This document shows, in pieces, positions 1 through 10,958 of a stretch of 64,000 nt of DNA. The position numbers were made by a program, and so were the translations under genes. The stretch is from Planctomycetota bacterium (GTDB lineage: Bacteria > Planctomycetota > PLA2 > JAEUHO01), in the NCBI GenBank assembly GCA_965222115.1, contig CBDCTJ010000007.1, positions 736,001 to 800,000 on the forward strand, read 5' to 3'. The notes under the pieces were generated by a model. It was not told the DNA's origin. It did not search any database and saw only the letters and a program-made list of their open reading frames with translations. Within the stretch, counting starts at the first letter, position 1. Each line of letters opens with the position of its first letter.

Positions 1-2
1 CC

Positions 3-1715
3 TGGTTCGGCATTGCGCCCCTCATGGTGCACGTACGTGACGAGTTTGGGCTGTCCAAGAAGCAGATTGGCAACACGATCATTGCGTCGGTGTCCATCAC
101 CATCCTCGCACGTTTGTTCATTGGATGGCTCTGCGATCGCATCGGCCCGCGGAAGTCCTACACCTTGCTCCTGACGCTCGGCTCCCTGCCCGTCATGGGT
201 ATTGGCTTGTCTCAAGGATACGAGTCGTTCTTGCTGTTTCGGCTCGGCATTGGAGTGATTGGCGCGTCCTTTGTGATCACGCAGTACCACACCTCGGTGA
301 TGTTCGCGCCCAACTGTGTGGGTACAGCCAATGCGACGTCCGCAGGCTGGGGCAATCTTGGTGGGGGCGTCACCCAAATGGTGATGCCGCTTATCTTCGG
401 GATGTTCGTCTACTTCGGCTTCAGTGATGCGTCGAGTTGGCGACTTTCAATGTTGGTGGCGGGGGGTATTTGCTTCCTCGTGGGCATCGCCTACTGGTTC
501 TTCACCACCGATCTTCCCGACGGCAATTTCAAGGAGCTTCGTGCCAAGGGCGAGTATCGGTCCAAAGCGAAGACCAAGGGTGCCTTCGGCGAGGCCATTC
601 GTGACAAGCGCGTGTGGGCGCTATTTGGCATTTATGCGGCGTGCTTCGGCATTGAACTCACGATCAACAACATGGCTGCGCTCTATTACCACGATCACTT
701 CGGCCTCAATGCGACCACCGCCGGGCTCGTGGCGGGGCTCTTTGGCATCATGAACATCTTTGCCAGGACCCTTGGTGGATTTATCAGTGACCGATTTGTC
801 ATGAAGGGCGGGCTTAGGGGTCGTGTGAAGTGGTTGTTTATCGCGCTGATCATCGAGGGGTTGGCGCTGTTGCTTTTCTCACGCATGAACGTGCTGCATT
901 TCGCCATTCCCGTCATGATCGTCTTTAGCCTGTTTGTGCAGATGTCGGAAGGTGCCACGTTCTCGGTGGTTCCGTTCGTCAATAAGCGTGCCCTCGGCGC
1001 CGTCGCGGGCATTGTTGGCGCGGGCGGAAATATGGGTGCCGTCGCCGCCGGGTTCTTGTTGCGGGCCGAGGGCGTGTCGTATCAACAGGCGCTCTTGATC
1101 CTTGGGTGTTGCGTGTTGGTGCTTTCCCTCCTGACGCTCGTCGTTCGATTCAGTGCCGAACAAGAATCGGCCGCGCGCGAAGAGTTTGAAATGGCATTGG
1201 CGGCCCGTCGCGCCGAAGCCGCTCTGCGACCGGCTCGCGGTCCACTGGTTCCCGCCCTTGCACCAGCGATCGCCAAGATCCGACCCATGGATGCACTACG
1301 CATCTATGTTGGTATTGCCTTGATGATCAAAGGCATCTACTTCGTCACCGACTTCAACGCGCTTGAGGGTCAGTTGGATTCTATCGGGAAGGGTCTGGGT
1401 GCTTGGAAAGAGCTTGCGGCGTGGGGTGCGGCCGCAGCACATCTGGTGGGCGGCGCGGCCTTGGCGCTGGGCTTCTTCACGCGCGTTGCGGCCGGTGCCA
1501 ACGCATTGGTCGCCTTGGGTGCCGTATTTGCCTTCAGTAGTAAGAGTACGATCGGCGATTTGTTCCGAGGCAATGTCGAGTTCCAGCTTGTGGCGCTTGT
1601 CTTCTTCTTGCTGCTGCTACTGATTTGGCGTGGCTCGGGACCCTTCTCCTTGGATCGCGTACTCGGAACCGAACCGGCGCCTCCCGATGACGCGGCACTC
1701 GATTTGGGTGCGTGA
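3..1715 (+). CDS. narK: Nitrate/nitrite MFS transporter (NarK1/NRT2-like) with C-terminal DoxX-like domain; 5' end lies outside the window
   Basis: Frame is open from position 3 (WFGIAPLM...). Nitrate signature AGWGNLGGG, FGIELT and ARTLGG motifs. Residues from nt 1287 read as DoxX (LRIYVG..KG..HLVGG..LGFFTR..GSGPFSLD). Confidence 0.9.
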   Translation, partial: WFGIAPLMVHVRDEFGLSKKQIGNTIIASVSITILARLFIGWLCDRIGPRKSYTLLLTLGSLPVMGIGLSQGYESFLLFRLGIGVIGASFVITQYHTSVMFAPNCVGTANATSAGWGNLGGGVTQMVMPLIFGMFVYFGFSDASSWRLSMLVAGGICFLVGIAYWFFTTDLPDGNFKELRAKGEYRSKAKTKGAFGEAIRDKRVWALFGIYAACFGIELTINNMAALYYHDHFGLNATTAGLVAGLFGIMNIFARTLGGFISDRFVMKGGLRGRVKWLFIALIIEGLALLLFSRMNVLHFAIPVMIVFSLFVQMSEGATFSVVPFVNKRALGAVAGIVGAGGNMGAVAAGFLLRAEGVSYQQALLILGCCVLVLSLLTLVVRFSAEQESAAREEFEMALAARRAEAALRPARGPLVPALAPAIAKIRPMDALRIYVGIALMIKGIYFVTDFNALEGQLDSIGKGLGAWKELAAWGAAAAHLVGGAALALGFFTRVAAGANALVALGAVFAFSSKSTIGDLFRGNVEFQLVALVFFLLLLLIWRGSGPFSLDRVLGTEPAPPDDAALDLGA

Positions 1716-1827
1716 CGGACAAGGCACCTATCGAGAGTCGCTGCATACCGATGTAGGCGCCTACGAGATCGCAGCGAATGGCGCCTCCGTAAGTAAGCCA
1801 CTAAATGCACTGCATGACGCCGTATGC

Positions 1828-1843
1828 GGTTGACGAATCAACC
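1828..1843. promoter_or_regulatory. Perfect palindrome GGTTGA-CGAA-TCAACC, candidate transcription-factor site upstream of the nar/act operon
   Basis: Direct sequence, 6-bp perfect arms in the 216-bp intergenic gap. Function is inferred. Confidence 0.35.
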
Positions 1844-1874
1844 AGCAATCGCGTAGCCAATACTTCACGTTTCA

Positions 1875-1891
1875 AAGGCACGCGTTTGGCA
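1875..1891 (+). promoter_or_regulatory. Candidate sigma54 (-24/-12) promoter AAGGCACGCGTTTGGCA
   Basis: GG(1877-78)-N10-GC(1889-90) with a GGCACG core, ~40 nt upstream of the narC-like start. Confidence 0.4.
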
Positions 1892-1931
1892 CGACATTTC
1901 CTTAGAAGCCCGTGGCTAGGAGGTCCTCACG

Positions 1932-2825
1932 GTGTCAACTCGTCCGGTGCAACTACTGAAGCTTACGTTTTTGTGCGTGGCGTGGACCGTTGCCGCAACC
2001 GACGCGCACGCGGTCGATCCCGCCACCGACTACAAACAGGTGTGCTCTAGCTGTCACACCATTGGCGGGGGGGCACGTACGGGCCCCGATTTGAAAGACG
2101 TGTCGAAGCGCAAAGACCGCGATTGGCTCGTGCGATTCATCGTTGACCCTACGGCCGTGCTCGACTCAGGCGACGAATATGCCGCCCAGTTGTTGACCGA
2201 ATCCCGCGGGGCGCGCATGCCCAACATCTCAGGCATGACCAAGAAGCGCGCGGAACTCCTGCTCGATCTCATCAACACCGAGTCGCAGCTTGAGAAGTCG
2301 CAATTTGCGGGCGTGCAGATTCCGGTGCGCCCCTTTACGAAGGAAGACGTTGAGCTGGGCCGCAAGTACTTCACCGGCGAAGAACGTCTCAAGAATGGCG
2401 GCGCCGCGTGTATCTCCTGCCATCACGTGGGCGGACTCGGCGGCTTTGGCGGCGGGCGTCTCGGTCCGGACCTCACCAAAGTGTCAGAGCGTCTCGGGGG
2501 TCGCGCGGCCTTTGCACCTTGGTTGAGCGCGCCCGCAACACCCACCATGTTGCCCACGTATCGCGACCATCCGATGGAGATGGACGAGATTTTGCCGCTG
2601 GTGGCGTTCTTCGAACACGCTGCGAAGACGCAACAAGAGGAGCCTGGGGCATCGTTGTTCTTGGTGCTCCTGATCGCGGCCATCGGTTGCGGCGCACTCC
2701 TCGCGCTCGCCGGTCGTCTTTGGAACTTCCGCTTCCGCGCCGTGCGGCGCCCGCTTGTTGAATCCAGCGCGTGGAAACACGCCAGCGCGCCCACCGCTGA
2801 ATCCGGGGAAGGAACCTCGTCATGA
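1932..2825 (+). CDS. narC: Membrane-anchored dihaem cytochrome c (NarC-like)
   Basis: Signal peptide, two CxxCH motifs (CSSCH, CISCH), C-terminal TM helix; overlaps the narG start (ATGA). Confidence 0.8.
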   Translation: MSTRPVQLLKLTFLCVAWTVAATDAHAVDPATDYKQVCSSCHTIGGGARTGPDLKDVSKRKDRDWLVRFIVDPTAVLDSGDEYAAQLLTESRGARMPNISGMTKKRAELLLDLINTESQLEKSQFAGVQIPVRPFTKEDVELGRKYFTGEERLKNGGAACISCHHVGGLGGFGGGRLGPDLTKVSERLGGRAAFAPWLSAPATPTMLPTYRDHPMEMDEILPLVAFFEHAAKTQQEEPGASLFLVLLIAAIGCGALLALAGRLWNFRFRAVRRPLVESSAWKHASAPTAESGEGTSS

Positions 2826-5800
2826 GCAAGAAAAAGGACCTGCCCTGGGTCAATGATGTCGTCAGCGCCAAGTCGCGCGGCTGGGAAGAGTTCTATCGCA
2901 ACCGTTGGCAGCACGACAAAGTCGTTCGCTCCACGCATGGCGTGAACTGCACCGGCGGCTGCACATGGATGATCCATGTGAAGGACGGCATTGTGACGTG
3001 GGAAATGCAGGGGCTTGATTATCCCAAGTTCTCTAGCGAGCTTCCGCCCTACGAGCCGCGTGGATGCCAGAGAGGCATTTCCTATTCCTGGTATCTCTAC
3101 AGCCCGCTGCGCGTGAAGTATCCCTACGTTCGTGGCGCACTGTTGGATCTTTGGAGAGAAGCCAAGGGCCATCACACCGACCCCGTGGATGCGTGGTCGT
3201 GGCTGGTAAGCGATCCGGAGCGGCGCAAGCGTTGGCAGCGTGCGCGCGGCAAGGGCGGCTTCCGTCGTGCCAAATGGGATGTGGCCTACGAGATCATGGC
3301 GGCGGCCAATGTGCACACGACCAAGACACACGGTCCCGATCGCATTGCCGGGTTCTCGCCGATCCCCGCCATGTCGATGATCAGTTACGCCTCGGGCGCG
3401 CGCATGTTGCAGTTGATGGGTGGCATTTCGTTGTCGTTCTACGACTGGTATTGCGACCTGCCCAACGCCTCACCCGAAACGTGGGGTGAGCAGACCGACG
3501 TCAATGAGAGTGCCGACTGGTTTAACGCCAAGTTGCTCGCCGTCATGGGCTCCAACCTCAATATGACGCGCACGCCCGACTGCCACTTCGCGGCCGAAGC
3601 GCGCCACAACGGCACCAAGATGTGGGTGTTCTCACCCGACTTTAGCCAGGTCTCCAAGTACGCCGACACCTGGATTGCGATCAACGCCGGTCAGGATGGC
3701 GCGTGGTGGATGGCGGTCAACCACGTGCTGCTCAAGGAGTTTCACCACGACCGGCAGGTGCCCTATTTCATTGACTACACCAAGCGCTATACCGACTCGC
3801 CCTTCTTGGTCGAACTCACGGAGAAGGACGGCGTGTGGGAAGCAGGTCAACTGCTGCGCGCCGGTCGCTTGTCCCGCTACGCCGACGAAGAGAACGGCGA
3901 GTGGAAGTTCCTTATGTGGGATGAGGACAAGGGCGATGTGCGCATGCCTAAGGGCACCATGGGCCACCGTTGGCAGTCCAAGAAGGGGCAGTGGAACCTC
4001 GAACTCAAGGACACGTTGACCGACGAAGAAATCGACCCCACGCTCACGTTCCTGGCAACCGGTGATGAAGTGTCCGTGCGCTTTGATGACTTTGCCGAGG
4101 GCGGGAGCGTTGAACGTGGTGTTCCCATCCGCCGCATTGAGCTCGCCGACGGCTCCACTGCCACCGTCACCACCGTCTACGACATCATGATGGCCCAGTA
4201 CGGCGTGTCGCGCGGTCTCGGCGGTGCGTATCCGACCGGCTACGACGATGCAGGCGCGGCCTACACCCCGGCGTGGAGCGAACGCTTTACGGGCATGGAC
4301 CGCAAGGACCTCATCAACTTTGCGCGCGAATGGGGCAGCACGGCGGAACACACAAACGGCAAGTGCACGATCATCATCGGCGCGGGGATCAACCACTGGT
4401 ACCACGCCAACTTGATGTACCGCGCGGGCATTCACGCGTTGTTGTTCTGCGGATGCGTGGGCGTGAACGGCGGTGGCTTGGCGCACTACGTGGGGCAGGA
4501 GAAGCTCGCGCCCATGGAGCCGTGGAGCGCCATGGCGTTTGGCAAGGACTGGTACCCCGGCGTGCGTTTGCAAAACGCGCCATCGTGGCACTACGTACAC
4601 ACCGATCAATGGCGCTACGAAAAGGAGTTTGCCGACTACCACACGGTGCCGGCCAATCAGCCCGAGAAGAGCCTCGCCAGGGGGCATACGATGGACGCGC
4701 AAGTGCGCGCTGTTCGTAATGGGTGGCTGCCCTTCTTCCCGCAGTTTGATAAGAGCCCGCTCAAGGTGGCGGAAAACGCCGTTGAGGCGGGCGCATCCAG
4801 CGATCAAGAAATCGTGGAACACGTCGTCCAGGAATTGAAATCAAAGAAGCTGAGCTTCGCCGTGGAAGATCCCGATGCAGAGGCCAACTGGCCGCGCGTG
4901 TGGTACATCTGGCGTGGCAATGCGCTCATGGCGTCGAGCAAGGGCCATGAGTATTTCCTCAATCACTACCTCGGCACCCACCACAACGACATCGCCAAGG
5001 ATCTTGCCAAAGACCACGTCAACGAGGTCAAGTGGCATGAGCACGCGCCCACCGGCAAGATGGATCTTGTCGTTGACCTTAACTTCCGCATGGATACCTC
5101 GGCGCTCTACTCCGACATCGTGTTGCCGGCCGCTACGTGGTACGAAAAGTCCGACCTCAACTCCACCGACATGCACAGCTTCATTCACCCCTTGTCGGCG
5201 GCGGTGCCCCCCGCATGGGAGTCCAAGAGCGACTGGGCCATCTTCCGCGGTCTCGCCAAGCGCTTTTCCGAAATGGCGGAGAAGCATTTCCCCGAGCCGG
5301 TGAAAGACGTCATGGCGTCGCCGTTGCTGCACGACACGCCCGCCGAGATTGCGCAACCTGACATCAAGGATTGGATCGACGGCGATATTGAGGCCATTCC
5401 TGGCAAGACCATGCCGGGGCTCAAAGTTGTTACGCGCGATTACAAGAATCTCTACAACCAGTTCATTTCGTTGGGACCGTTGGTTCGCGAGAACGGGCTT
5501 GGCGCGCACGGCACCCACTACAACTGCGAAGACTTCTACGACGAGATGGTGGCCACCTGGCCGGTCGAGCACTGGAATGGCAAGACCTACCCATCCCTCA
5601 AGGATGATCTGCAGGCGTGCAACGCTGTGCTCAACTTGGCGACGGTCACCAACGGTGAGCTTGCCTATCGCTCCTACAAAGACCTTGAAGTGAAGACCGG
5701 CTTGGATCTCATCGAGCTTGCTGCGCCCACGCGCGCGCTACGCACCGACTTTGAAGCCATTCAGGCCCGGCCGCAGCGACTAATCAACAGCCCCATGTGG

Positions 5801-6460
5801 TCGGGGGTTACGTCGGGCGGGCGTGCCTACGCACCGTTCACGTTCCAAAAGGAATACAACGTGCCGTGGCGCACGCTCACGGGTCGTCAACATCTGTACC
5901 TGGACCATCCCGGCTACATCCAGTTTGGCGAGCACGTGCCCACCTACAAGCCCAAGCCGTTGCCCACGCAGTATGCCGACCTCGTGGTGAGCGAAGAAGT
6001 GGGTCCCACGTTGCAGCTCAACTACCTGACGCCACACGGCAAATGGCACATTCACTCGACCTACGGTGACAACGAACGCATGACCACGCTGTCGCGCGGC
6101 TGTGAACCGTTCTGGATGAACGACAAAGACGCACAGACGCTCGACATCAACGACAACGACTGGGTGGAAGTGCATAACGACCACGGCGTGGTGGTTACGC
6201 GCGCGGCGGTGTCGGCGCGTATTCCACGCGGCATTTGCATTATCTACCACTCGCCCGAGCGAACGACCGTGCCGCGGTCACCGCTGCGGGGCAACCGACG
6301 TGCCGGCGGGCATAACAGCCTCACGCGCACACGACTCAAACCCAACTTGATGGTGGGCGGCTATGCCCAGTTCACCTACCACTTCAACTACTGGGGTCCC
6401 ACCGGCTGTAACCGCGACACGCACATCTACGTGCGCAAGTTGCCCAAGTTGATGTGGTAA
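2822..6460 (+). CDS. narG: Respiratory nitrate reductase alpha subunit
   Basis: 1212 aa; [14 protein letters not shown]0 motif, [17 protein letters not shown] and [11 protein letters not shown] motifs; no Tat signal. Confidence 0.97.
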   Translation: MSKKKDLPWVNDVVSAKSRGWEEFYRNRWQHDKVVRSTHGVNCTGGCTWMIHVKDGIVTWEMQGLDYPKFSSELPPYEPRGCQRGISYSWYLYSPLRVKYPYVRGALLDLWREAKGHHTDPVDAWSWLVSDPERRKRWQRARGKGGFRRAKWDVAYEIMAAANVHTTKTHGPDRIAGFSPIPAMSMISYASGARMLQLMGGISLSFYDWYCDLPNASPETWGEQTDVNESADWFNAKLLAVMGSNLNMTRTPDCHFAAEARHNGTKMWVFSPDFSQVSKYADTWIAINAGQDGAWWMAVNHVLLKEFHHDRQVPYFIDYTKRYTDSPFLVELTEKDGVWEAGQLLRAGRLSRYADEENGEWKFLMWDEDKGDVRMPKGTMGHRWQSKKGQWNLELKDTLTDEEIDPTLTFLATGDEVSVRFDDFAEGGSVERGVPIRRIELADGSTATVTTVYDIMMAQYGVSRGLGGAYPTGYDDAGAAYTPAWSERFTGMDRKDLINFAREWGSTAEHTNGKCTIIIGAGINHWYHANLMYRAGIHALLFCGCVGVNGGGLAHYVGQEKLAPMEPWSAMAFGKDWYPGVRLQNAPSWHYVHTDQWRYEKEFADYHTVPANQPEKSLARGHTMDAQVRAVRNGWLPFFPQFDKSPLKVAENAVEAGASSDQEIVEHVVQELKSKKLSFAVEDPDAEANWPRVWYIWRGNALMASSKGHEYFLNHYLGTHHNDIAKDLAKDHVNEVKWHEHAPTGKMDLVVDLNFRMDTSALYSDIVLPAATWYEKSDLNSTDMHSFIHPLSAAVPPAWESKSDWAIFRGLAKRFSEMAEKHFPEPVKDVMASPLLHDTPAEIAQPDIKDWIDGDIEAIPGKTMPGLKVVTRDYKNLYNQFISLGPLVRENGLGAHGTHYNCEDFYDEMVATWPVEHWNGKTYPSLKDDLQACNAVLNLATVTNGELAYRSYKDLEVKTGLDLIELAAPTRALRTDFEAIQARPQRLINSPMWSGVTSGGRAYAPFTFQKEYNVPWRTLTGRQHLYLDHPGYIQFGEHVPTYKPKPLPTQYADLVVSEEVGPTLQLNYLTPHGKWHIHSTYGDNERMTTLSRGCEPFWMNDKDAQTLDINDNDWVEVHNDHGVVVTRAAVSARIPRGICIIYHSPERTTVPRSPLRGNRRAGGHNSLTRTRLKPNLMVGGYAQFTYHFNYWGPTGCNRDTHIYVRKLPKLMW

Positions 6461-6470
6461 GGAGCACGCC

Positions 6471-7961
6471 ATGGACGTTCGTTCCCAAATCTCGATGGTA
6501 TTCCACCTCGACAAGTGCATCGGATGCCATACGTGCAGCATTGCCTGCAAAAACGTATGGACCGACCGCAAGGGCACCGAGTACATGTGGTGGAATAACG
6601 TAGAAACCAAGCCCGGTACCGGCTTCCCGACCAAGTGGGAAGACCAAGAGCAGTACCGCGGCGGTTGGCACATGGTCAACGGTCGGCTTGAGTTGCGCTC
6701 CACCAGCAAAAAGAAGATTGTTGGCAATATCTTCCACAACCCGTCGATGCCCAGCATTGACGACTACTACGAGCCGTGGACCTACGACTTTCAGAATCTT
6801 TTTACGGCGGAAGAGGGCGACGACCAGCCCACCGCGCGTCCGATCTCGAAGATCACCGGCAATCCCATGGACATCGAAGCCGGTCCCAACTGGGACGACG
6901 ACCTCGGCGGGTCCCAGGTCTACGCCGCCAACGACCCCAATCTGGAGGGGCTCACCCCCGAAGAGAAGCAACAGCTTTTTGGCATTGAGCGTTTGGTGTT
7001 CTTCTACTTCCCGCGCATTTGCAATCACTGTTTGAATCCGTCTTGCGTTGCGTCCTGCCCGTCCGGGGCACTCTACAAGCGCGGGGAAGATGGCATTGTG
7101 CTCATTGACCAGAAGGTGTGTCGCGCGTGGCGTTCGTGCGTGGCCGCGTGTCCCTACAAGAAGACCTACTTCAACTGGCAAACCGGTAAGTCCGAAAAGT
7201 GCATTCTGTGTTTCCCGCGACTTGAAACCGGTCAAGCGCCGGCATGTTTCCACTCGTGTGTGGGGCGCATTCGCTACTTGGGTGTCATGCTCTACGATGC
7301 CGAGCGCATTGAAGAAGTGGCCAAGATGGACCCGGCCGACATGGTAGAAGCGCAGCGTGAGATGTTGCTCGATCCCCACGATCCGGCGGTCATTAAGGCG
7401 GCGCGCGAGAATGGGGTGCACGACAGCGTGATTGAATCGGCGCAGCGTTCGCCGGTGTATGAGTTTGTGAAGAAGTGGAAGATTGCGTTGCCGCCGCACG
7501 TGGAGTGGCGCACGCTGCCCATGTTGTTTTACGTGCCGCCGCTCTTGCCCGTTATGTCGAAGAAGGAAGGCGACACGGTGGCCCAGTCCTCCGACGCACT
7601 CTTCCACGAGATCGAGGAATCGCGTGCGCCTATGTCGTTCCTCGGCAATCTCTTCGGCGGGGGAAGTACAGCTCCCGTTACCTATGCGCTGCGCAAACAG
7701 ATGGCGGTACGGCTTTATCGGCGATCGGTCACGGTGGGCGATGTGGACGAGGCGGTATTGGAACGCAGCCTGCGCGACGCCGACACCACGCGTGAGGAGT
7801 GTGAAGCCATTTATAAGCTCACGGCGCTTTGCACATTTGAGGAGCGCTTCGTGATTCCGCCCATGCATCGCGAAGAAGCCATTGAAATGATGAAGGATCC
7901 GCACGAACACAAGCAAGAAGCGGGCTTTGGCTTCCTCTCCGGGCCGAGGAGAGGTTCATGA
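6471..7961 (+). CDS. narH: Respiratory nitrate reductase beta subunit
   Basis: LDKCIGCHTCSIACKNVW, RICNHCLNPSCVASCP and CILCFPR Fe-S motifs. Confidence 0.97.
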   Translation: MDVRSQISMVFHLDKCIGCHTCSIACKNVWTDRKGTEYMWWNNVETKPGTGFPTKWEDQEQYRGGWHMVNGRLELRSTSKKKIVGNIFHNPSMPSIDDYYEPWTYDFQNLFTAEEGDDQPTARPISKITGNPMDIEAGPNWDDDLGGSQVYAANDPNLEGLTPEEKQQLFGIERLVFFYFPRICNHCLNPSCVASCPSGALYKRGEDGIVLIDQKVCRAWRSCVAACPYKKTYFNWQTGKSEKCILCFPRLETGQAPACFHSCVGRIRYLGVMLYDAERIEEVAKMDPADMVEAQREMLLDPHDPAVIKAARENGVHDSVIESAQRSPVYEFVKKWKIALPPHVEWRTLPMLFYVPPLLPVMSKKEGDTVAQSSDALFHEIEESRAPMSFLGNLFGGGSTAPVTYALRKQMAVRLYRRSVTVGDVDEAVLERSLRDADTTREECEAIYKLTALCTFEERFVIPPMHREEAIEMMKDPHEHKQEAGFGFLSGPRRGS

Positions 7962-8575
7962 ACGCGCCCACTCCCAGCCGAACCAAGCCCATGCAAGCGC
8001 TTCACGACGCCCTGTCCACACTCTTGCTCTACCCCGATGCCGATGCTACCAGCGATCTTGTTACCGCCAGTCGCGTAGTGGAGCAGGAAGCAACGGCGTT
8101 TCCGGACCTCCAACAGGCCGCCGCATCCTTTCGCGCGTTTCTGGAATCGACGGACGATACGAAGCGCGAAGAGTTGTTCACGGGCGTCTTCGACATCAAT
8201 CCCACGTGCACCATGGAACTTGGGTGGCATCTCTACGGAGAAGACTACAAACGCGGGTCGTTCCTCGTAGACATGCGCAAGACCATGCACATGGTGGGGG
8301 TGGAAGAGAGCGCCGAACTACCTGACCACTTGACCCATGCCCTGCGCGTGCTTGGACGTTTGCCAACGCCCAAAGACGTGCAGTTCTCAACCGACTACGT
8401 GCAGCCCGCCATCGCCAAGATGCTTGAGGGCTACACCGATGCGTCGAGTCCCTGGCAACCCCTGCTCACCGCCGTGCTGGGGATGCTCGTGTCGCACTAC
8501 GGCGAAACCAACGAAATCGTGGGCAATCCCAGCGCCGAGTCGCAGGGGCCCTATGAACCCGTGTCGCCTGCGTAA
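7958..8575 (+). CDS. narJ: Nitrate reductase molybdenum cofactor assembly chaperone
   Basis: LLYP, LYGEDYKRG and ELPDHL motifs; lies between narH and narI. Confidence 0.9.
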   Translation: MNAPTPSRTKPMQALHDALSTLLLYPDADATSDLVTASRVVEQEATAFPDLQQAAASFRAFLESTDDTKREELFTGVFDINPTCTMELGWHLYGEDYKRGSFLVDMRKTMHMVGVEESAELPDHLTHALRVLGRLPTPKDVQFSTDYVQPAIAKMLEGYTDASSPWQPLLTAVLGMLVSHYGETNEIVGNPSAESQGPYEPVSPA

Positions 8576-8586
8576 GGAGCCGCGCC

Positions 8587-9333
8587 ATGCCGGGCAGCGA
8601 TCAATCCCACCATCTTGACGTCCTCCTGTATGGCGTCTTTCCCTTTGTCGCGATGATTGTGTTTTTCATTGGCACGATCTACCGCTACCGCAGCCAGAAG
8701 TTCACTTACTCAAGTCTGTCATCGCAGTTCTTGGAGAACGATCGCCACTTCTGGGCCACGGTACCGTTTCACTACGGGATCTTGTTTGTGATCCTTGGCC
8801 ACGTCGTGGCATTCCTCGTTCCTCGCGCCATCCTCGCGTGGAACGGTCATCCCGTGCGGCTGTTGATCCTCGAAATCTCGGCCATGATTGCTGCGCTGTT
8901 GGCGCTGGTGGGTCTCATCAACCTCATTGTGCGGCGATTTCGAAATACACGTGTGCGCATGGTGACCAGCGTGGCCGACTGGGTGCTCTACGCCATGTTG
9001 CTCTTCCAAATCGTGACGGGCCTCATGATTGCAGGACACCACACGTGGGGCTCTTCATGGTTTGCGTCCACCATGGCGCCCTATCTCTGGTCGCTGGTCA
9101 AACTCAATCCCGACATCTCCTATATCACGCCGATGCCACTGGTCGTGAAGTTGCACGTCATTGGCAACTTCGCCCTGATCTTCGTGTTTCCCTTCACCCG
9201 CTTGGTGCACGTCCTGGTGATTCCCAATACGTACTTTTTCCGTAAGACGCAAGTGGTGCGCTGGAACTATGACCGTCGTGCCTATCGAGACCCCGCCGCC
9301 TCGGCGCCCAAGCCCCCTGAGGCCACATCATGA
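8587..9333 (+). CDS. narI: Respiratory nitrate reductase gamma subunit (dihaem cytochrome b)
   Basis: SSLSSQFLE, FHYGIL..GH and KLH..FPFTRLVH give four haem-ligating His; five TM segments. Confidence 0.95.
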   Translation: MPGSDQSHHLDVLLYGVFPFVAMIVFFIGTIYRYRSQKFTYSSLSSQFLENDRHFWATVPFHYGILFVILGHVVAFLVPRAILAWNGHPVRLLILEISAMIAALLALVGLINLIVRRFRNTRVRMVTSVADWVLYAMLLFQIVTGLMIAGHHTWGSSWFASTMAPYLWSLVKLNPDISYITPMPLVVKLHVIGNFALIFVFPFTRLVHVLVIPNTYFFRKTQVVRWNYDRRAYRDPAASAPKPPEATS

Positions 9334-10958
9334 GCCGCACGCCACAGCGCTGGGACGTCGAAGACGACGCATTTTGGGCGTCAACGGGCAAGCGCATCGC
9401 CAACCGCAACCTCTGGATCTCCATTCCCAATCTGCTGTGCGGATTTGCCGTATGGCTCTATTGGGGCATGTTGGCCAAGTTCATTCAGAAGATCCACTTC
9501 GCCAATCCCACGCTCTTTGACTTTACCTTCATGAACGACGGGAAAAGCTACGGTACGGGCGACGAGTACCGCGCGCTCATGTTCACGCTGCCCGCGGTGG
9601 CCGGCCTCGCCGGTGCCACCTTGCGCATTCCCAACTCGTTCATGATCGCCATTTGCGGCGGTCGCAACGTCAAGTTCATGACCACCATCATGCTCATGCT
9701 CCCTGCCATTGGTGCGGGCATTGCGTTGCAAAATCCCGACGTGTCGTTCTTTACACTCATCGTCTTGGCGGCGCTCTCCGGCGTGGGGGGTGGCGCCTTC
9801 GCTTCGTCCATGTCCAACATCAGCTTCTTCTTTCCCAAGCGCGTGCAGGGGCTTTCGCTGGGCTTGAATGCGGGCCTGGGCAATCTGGGCGTAAGCGTCA
9901 TGCAGTTCTTGCTGCCCTGGATCATTACCTTTGGTGCGTTTGGCGCCCTGGGTGGGGACCCGTACGCGGTCGGCGAATCGAGCATGTGGGTGCAGAACGC
10001 GGCGCTTGTGTGGATCCCCGTTTTGGCACTGCTTGCGGTGCTCGCCTTCTTTGGCATGAACAACCTTCCCCAGCACAAGTGCGGCCCCACGTTGGTTGCC
10101 ATTGGCAAATACCTGTGGCTCACGATGCTTGGATTTGTCGGGGCGGCCGTCGGCATAGCTCTCTTGATCATGCCGTGGCCCGGCGTACCGTCACTCCTTA
10201 AGACGTTCATTGTGTTGGTGATCGCCGTCTGCGTAACGCTCTTGGTCATGCGGTTTGGGACGCCGAAAGACACCAAAGAAAACCTCGTCGATCAGTTCGC
10301 GATTTTCAAGAACAAGCACAACTGGATCATGACGTGGCTCTACACGATGACATTTGGCTCGTTCATCGGTTACGCCAACGCGTTTCCAAAGTTGATTGAC
10401 GACGTCTTTGGCGTGGTGCGCGTAGGGGCGGACGGCGCCCCGTTGGCCGAGACCATTGCCAACACCAACGCCCCCATCGCGTCCAACTACATCTGGATTG
10501 GCGCCGGCGTCGGCGCGCTGATTCGTCCGCTCGGCGGCTGGTTGAGCGACAAATGGGGCGGCGCGCGCGTGACCCATTGGGACACGATCGTGATGATTGC
10601 GGCCACCATTGGCGCGGGCTACTTCGTGGCACAGGCAAGCCAATCACCAACTCCCGAGACGTACTTCGTACCGTTCTTGTTGCTCTTTGTCCTGCTGTTT
10701 GCAACGACCGGCATCGGCAACGGCTCCACGTTTCGGATGATTCCGATCATCTTCTCCAAGAAACATGCGGGCCCCGTCTTGGGGTGGACATCGGCCATCG
10801 CGGCGTATGGCGCCTACCTGATTCCGAAGATCTTTGCCACACAGATCAAAAATGGAACGCCGGAAGTGGCGCTGTATGGCTTTGCGGGCTACTACGCCAC
10901 CTGCTTGGCCGTGAACTGGTGGTTCTACGCACGGAAGGGCGCGGAGGTGCCCTGCTAA
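9330..10958 (+). CDS. narK: Nitrate/nitrite antiporter (NarK2-type MFS)
   Basis: WDVED..FW...RNLWISIP, NAGLGNLG, TFGSFIG and GIGNGSTFRMIP motifs. Confidence 0.93.
   Translation: MSRTPQRWDVEDDAFWASTGKRIANRNLWISIPNLLCGFAVWLYWGMLAKFIQKIHFANPTLFDFTFMNDGKSYGTGDEYRALMFTLPAVAGLAGATLRIPNSFMIAICGGRNVKFMTTIMLMLPAIGAGIALQNPDVSFFTLIVLAALSGVGGGAFASSMSNISFFFPKRVQGLSLGLNAGLGNLGVSVMQFLLPWIITFGAFGALGGDPYAVGESSMWVQNAALVWIPVLALLAVLAFFGMNNLPQHKCGPTLVAIGKYLWLTMLGFVGAAVGIALLIMPWPGVPSLLKTFIVLVIAVCVTLLVMRFGTPKDTKENLVDQFAIFKNKHNWIMTWLYTMTFGSFIGYANAFPKLIDDVFGVVRVGADGAPLAETIANTNAPIASNYIWIGAGVGALIRPLGGWLSDKWGGARVTHWDTIVMIAATIGAGYFVAQASQSPTPETYFVPFLLLFVLLFATTGIGNGSTFRMIPIIFSKKHAGPVLGWTSAIAAYGAYLIPKIFATQIKNGTPEVALYGFAGYYATCLAVNWWFYARKGAEVPC

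Noticed and set aside
1830-1841. FNR box upstream of narC (TTGAC-GA-ATCAA)
   Set aside because: Half-sites are spaced by 2 nt rather than the 4 nt required for TTGAT-N4-ATCAA; kept only as an unassigned palindrome.
2822-6460. Calling the Mo enzyme a periplasmic NXR or periplasm-facing Nar
   Set aside because: No Tat signal, and narJ, narI and two narK genes are present. A cytoplasmic NXR role cannot be excluded without phylogeny but has no direct support.
10553-10957. 135-aa N-terminal extension of ActA in the ORF track
   Set aside because: It overlaps narK2 entirely; the ATG at 10958 coupled to the narK2 stop is the plausible start.
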